Origin: a candidate division WOR-3 bacterium UBA5631
GTDB lineage: Bacteria > Hydrothermota > Hydrothermia > UBA1063
Assembly: GCA_002421425.1 (NCBI GenBank)
Contig: DIJZ01000020.1
Coordinates: forward strand, 825 to 64,824
Direction: 5' to 3'
DNA: 64,000 nucleotides
Shown here: positions 60,590 to 64,000 of the stretch, piece after piece
How positions within the stretch are numbered: the stretch's first letter is position 1
How the letters are laid out: each line of letters opens with the position of its first letter
Made by a program: the position numbers and the translations under genes
Notes under the pieces: model-generated
Told to the model about the DNA's origin: nothing
Seen by the model: the letters and a program-made list of their open reading frames with translations, nothing else
The model's database searches: none

Positions 60590-61901
60590 AAATATATTAA
60601 TCAAGGCCCGATACATTCTGATAAACGCCGAAAGATACATTGAGAATGGTTATGTTCTGATAAAAGACGGAATTATCGAAGGGGTCGGCAAAGCAGAAGA
60701 CTTAAATGAAGACGAAAATTACGCTCTATTTAATTTTGGAAATGCCATTGTTGCTCCTGGATTTATAAACACCCACACGCATGCCGCAATGGTGGGTATG
60801 AGAGGCATGGCTGACGATCTACCTCTCAAAACATGGCTGGAAAAATATATCTGGCCTGCTGAGCTGAAACTCGTAAACCGAGAGTTCATAATGAAAACCA
60901 TCCCTCTGGCCATAGCTGAAATGCTCTCCTCGGGGATCACAACTTTCGTGGATATGTACTTCTTTGAGGACCTTACTGCTGAGATTGTAAAATCAACAGG
61001 TATGCGTGCTGTTCTCGGCGAGGGCATTATTGATGGACCCACTCCAGCCTTTGAAAATCCCAAAAACGTAATGGATTTTGTTGAAGTATTCGCCCGCAAC
61101 TACGAGAAAGATTCCTTCATCTTCCCCGCCGTCGCACCTCACGCTCCCTACTCAACGAGTAAGGAGACCCTTTTGAAATCAAAACAATTGTCCGAAAAGT
61201 ATGGTATTCCCCTCTTAATTCACGTAGCCGAAACCAGGTGGGAATTTGAAGAAATAAAGACCAGATATGGTCTTGCACCCTTTTCATATCTTAATTCAAT
61301 TGGATTTCTGGACGAAAAAGTTATAGCCGCCCACTCCATATGGGTTGAAGAGTCGGAGCTTGAGATCCTGGGAAAAAGAAAGGTCAACATTTCCCATAAT
61401 CCCGAAAGTAACGCAAAGCTTTCCTCTGGAATTTGCCCCGTAAGTGATTTTCTTAAACACGGAATAAATGTGACCATAGGAACCGACGGTGCCTGCTCAA
61501 ACAATAATCTTGATATTATTGAAGAAATGAGAACGGCTTCCTTCATTCAGAAAATAAGAACAATGAACCCAGAAGCTCTTTCTGCAAGAGAAATATTCAA
61601 GATGGCAACAGAAAGCGGCGCCCGCGCTCTTGGTCTTGCGGAAAAATTGGGCACCATTGAAAAGGGAAAATGGGCAGACCTCGCCATCATATCTCTGGAC
61701 AGCCCAGGGTTGCAACCCATCTTCGATCCCTATTCCCACTTAGTTTATACATGCAAATCCTCTGATATTAAGGCAACTATGGTAGACGGCAAGTTCCTTT
61801 ACATTGGTGGACAGTATCACACAATAGATATAGACGCAGTCATGTACAACATTCAGAAAGTTGAGGAATTGATCCGGAAGGAAATCTTCAATGAACATTA
61901 G
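60573..61901 (+). CDS. mtaD: Amidohydrolase, MtaD-like 5-methylthioadenosine/S-adenosylhomocysteine deaminase family
   Basis: FINTHTHAAM metal-binding motif; TIM-barrel amidohydrolase. 442 aa. Confidence 0.65.
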   Translation: MDIMSENILIKARYILINAERYIENGYVLIKDGIIEGVGKAEDLNEDENYALFNFGNAIVAPGFINTHTHAAMVGMRGMADDLPLKTWLEKYIWPAELKLVNREFIMKTIPLAIAEMLSSGITTFVDMYFFEDLTAEIVKSTGMRAVLGEGIIDGPTPAFENPKNVMDFVEVFARNYEKDSFIFPAVAPHAPYSTSKETLLKSKQLSEKYGIPLLIHVAETRWEFEEIKTRYGLAPFSYLNSIGFLDEKVIAAHSIWVEESELEILGKRKVNISHNPESNAKLSSGICPVSDFLKHGINVTIGTDGACSNNNLDIIEEMRTASFIQKIRTMNPEALSAREIFKMATESGARALGLAEKLGTIEKGKWADLAIISLDSPGLQPIFDPYSHLVYTCKSSDIKATMVDGKFLYIGGQYHTIDIDAVMYNIQKVEELIRKEIFNEH

Positions 61902-63282
61902 TTTTTTGGGAGCGTGTGGAACCGTTACAGGCTCTCTGTACCTGATTGAGACCTCCTCGAATAAGAAGATACTTGTGGATGCAGGAATGTTTCAGGGTGA
62001 ATTTGAAGACCTGAATTTTGAACCATTCCCCTTTGATCCTTACGAAATAGACTTGATTCTCCTGACTCATGCTCACCTCGATCATACCGGTCTAATTCCG
62101 AAACTGGTCCGGAATGGATTTGAAGGAAAAATCCTTGGCACAACTCCCACTCTGGACTTGACCAGAATCATCCTGATGGATGCAGCAAAACTGCAATCAG
62201 AAGAGTTCGAATCCCTTGAAAAGAGAAATCTCAGAAAGGGAATAGAAACTCGTGAGCCACTGTATACCCTGGAAGATGCAATTTCTGCAATGTCTTATTT
62301 CACTCCCATCAGAGCCTATGACGAGGAAATTGAAATCTTTGATGATCTCAAGGTAACGTGGCGTGATGCAGGTCATATACTTGGATCTGCTTTCCTCGAA
62401 ATGAATGTGGATGGAAGGAAGGTTATCTTTTCAGGAGACCTTGGAAACAGAAACAAGCCTATCGTAAGGGACCCAGAGTCCATAAAGATGAAAGACGCCG
62501 ATGTTATCGTTGTAGAATCCACTTATGGATCCAGAATTCACAAAAGCGTTGAAGATTCAAAGGAAGAATTGCTGGGGGCGCTGCAAGATACACTGGACAA
62601 AGGAAATGTTATAATTCCCTCCTTCGCCATCGAAAGAGCCCAGGATCTTCTATATTACATAAGAGAATTTAAGGAAACCGGTGAACTCAGGAATGATATC
62701 AAGGTGTTCCTGGATAGTCCGCTGGCAATTTCTGCCACCAACATTTTTAGAGCGCACAAAGAAGTTTTCGACGATGATGCAAGGCAGCTTTTGAAGGAAA
62801 AGAAAGATATTTTCAGCTTTCCCAACCTTTTCTTCACTCGTTCACGAGAAGCCTCCGTGCAAATTAACAACATTACAAAGGGAGCCATCATTATTGCAGG
62901 TTCCGGGATGTGTACAGGAGGACGCATCAAGCACCATCTGAAACATAACCTGTGGAGAGATGAGTGCGCGGTGATATTCGTCGGCTATCAGGCAAATGGG
63001 ACTCTCGGAAGATCGCTGGTGGATGGCGCAAAGGAAGTTGAAATTTACGGAGAAACAATAAAAGTAAACTCAAGAATCTTCACCATAAATGGACTTTCAG
63101 CTCATGCAGACCAGCAGGAAATCCTTGATTGGATGGACTCTCTTGAAAGAGACTCACAAGTTTTTGTAACTCACGGCGAAAATACTGAAAGGGATACCTT
63201 AGCCGTGAAATTGCAGGAGCTGGGCTTTAAGACGGTCAGGAAACCGGCACTTAAGGAAAACTTTTTTTTGAAGGAGGCATAA
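61891..63282 (+). CDS. MBL-fold beta-CASP ribonuclease (CPSF73/RNase J-like)
   Basis: LILLTHAHLDHTG, with beta-CASP motifs and a C-terminal RNA-metabolising MBL domain. 463 aa. Confidence 0.75.
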   Translation: MNISFLGACGTVTGSLYLIETSSNKKILVDAGMFQGEFEDLNFEPFPFDPYEIDLILLTHAHLDHTGLIPKLVRNGFEGKILGTTPTLDLTRIILMDAAKLQSEEFESLEKRNLRKGIETREPLYTLEDAISAMSYFTPIRAYDEEIEIFDDLKVTWRDAGHILGSAFLEMNVDGRKVIFSGDLGNRNKPIVRDPESIKMKDADVIVVESTYGSRIHKSVEDSKEELLGALQDTLDKGNVIIPSFAIERAQDLLYYIREFKETGELRNDIKVFLDSPLAISATNIFRAHKEVFDDDARQLLKEKKDIFSFPNLFFTRSREASVQINNITKGAIIIAGSGMCTGGRIKHHLKHNLWRDECAVIFVGYQANGTLGRSLVDGAKEVEIYGETIKVNSRIFTINGLSAHADQQEILDWMDSLERDSQVFVTHGENTERDTLAVKLQELGFKTVRKPALKENFFLKEA

Positions 63283-64000
63283 TGGCTAATTTCAAAGAAG
63301 TATATGCAAGACTTTCGGAAATTAAAGACCCGGTGACGGGAGAAACCCTTTTCAAACTCGGGCTTATGAAGGATATTTCCCTTAACGAAGACATCCTCAC
63401 GCTTACCCTCATAGCATCCAGTGAAAGGGAGATGTCCAGCTTTGAACAGCTTACCAGAGAAGCATTAAAAGACACCGGGGTAAAGAAAATTGAAATCAAT
63501 AAAGTAATCAAAGAAATCGAAAGACCTAATCTGGAAAGGAGAGGCAAGATAAAAGAGAAAACCATCGAAGGTGTAAAAAACGTTATTGCAGTGGGAAGTG
63601 GCAAAGGCGGAGTTGGAAAATCTACCGTAGCAGCTAATCTTGCAGCAGCTCTATCGTTGAAAAATTTGAGAATAGGCCTATTCGACGGCGATATATACGG
63701 CCCTTCCATTTCCAGGATGTTCGGAATTGATGGTCTCGCGCCGATGGTAGAAAATCAAAAAATGCTTCCCACTGAAAGATTTGGAATCAGAATCCTATCT
63801 ATGGGTCAACTCGTAGAAGAAGAAACCCCGGTTCTATGGCGCGGACCTCTTGTGCATAAAGCATACGAACAATTCCTTTACGACACCGATTGGGGGCCCT
63901 TAGATATTCTTATAATAGATCTCCCACCGGGTACAGGTGATGCTCAGCTGAGTGCCATTCAGCTAATTAATCTGAACGGCGCGATCATTGTTACCACTCC
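63282..64000 (+). CDS. apbC: Mrp/ApbC Fe-S cluster carrier ATPase with N-terminal DUF59 domain (5' part; continues beyond the window)
   Basis: MANFKEVYARLSEIKDPVTGETL... then VIAVGSGKGGVGKSTVAANLAAAL (deviant Walker A). TAATG overlap with the upstream gene. Confidence 0.85.
   Translation, partial: MANFKEVYARLSEIKDPVTGETLFKLGLMKDISLNEDILTLTLIASSEREMSSFEQLTREALKDTGVKKIEINKVIKEIERPNLERRGKIKEKTIEGVKNVIAVGSGKGGVGKSTVAANLAAALSLKNLRIGLFDGDIYGPSISRMFGIDGLAPMVENQKMLPTERFGIRILSMGQLVEEETPVLWRGPLVHKAYEQFLYDTDWGPLDILIIDLPPGTGDAQLSAIQLINLNGAIIVTT

Overview
Overall: a 64 kb chromosomal window from an uncultivated-looking diderm bacterium, almost fully coding and with no mobile elements or CRISPR. Several secreted proteins have signal peptides ending ...FAQ/...LQAQ/...LWAQ, and one carries a T9SS-type C-terminal sorting domain, which points to the FCB group (Bacteroidota, Ignavibacteria, Calditrichota or a candidate phylum). 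Layout: (i) 1-13.7 kb, minus strand: the classic rpmG-secE-nusG-rplKAJL-rpoBC-rpsLG-fusA block, preceded by tRNA-Trp and tRNA-Arg. (ii) 14.1-26.6 kb, mostly plus strand: thyX, a highly repetitive LVIVD beta-propeller T9SS cargo protein (minus), then maf, malic enzyme, fumarase alpha, ilvE, rpiB, rpe and the rpsP-KH-rimM-trmD-rplS operon. (iii) 26.6-49.2 kb: one co-directional minus-strand mega-operon with overlapping stop/start codons at almost every junction. It encodes, in order, a YfhO-like GT-C, a flippase-like protein, a GtrB-like GT2, an EndoIII-like glycosylase, NamZ, a MurU-AmgK fusion, a TPR/polyacidic protein, a T2SSE_N-DnaA(Hda)-like AAA+ fusion, a pilM-pilN fusion, a lipoprotein, pilO, an AMIN-PilP protein, a short pilQ, fimT-pilV-pilW-pilX-pilY1 minor pilins, a small protein and LemA. 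(iv) 49.3-53.7 kb, plus strand, from a near-consensus sigma70 promoter: class III aminotransferase, a cyclic 2,3-diphosphoglycerate synthetase-like P-loop protein and a polyacidic coiled-coil MBL hydrolase fusion, then rlmN. (v) 54.7-64 kb: cdd, cvpA, a phosphoesterase, a UbiA prenyltransferase, coaE, a TPR protein and holA on the minus strand; DUF59, an MtaD-like amidohydrolase, a beta-CASP RNase and a partial Mrp/ApbC on the plus strand. The most unusual content is the type IV pilus operon and its unprecedented accessory components.
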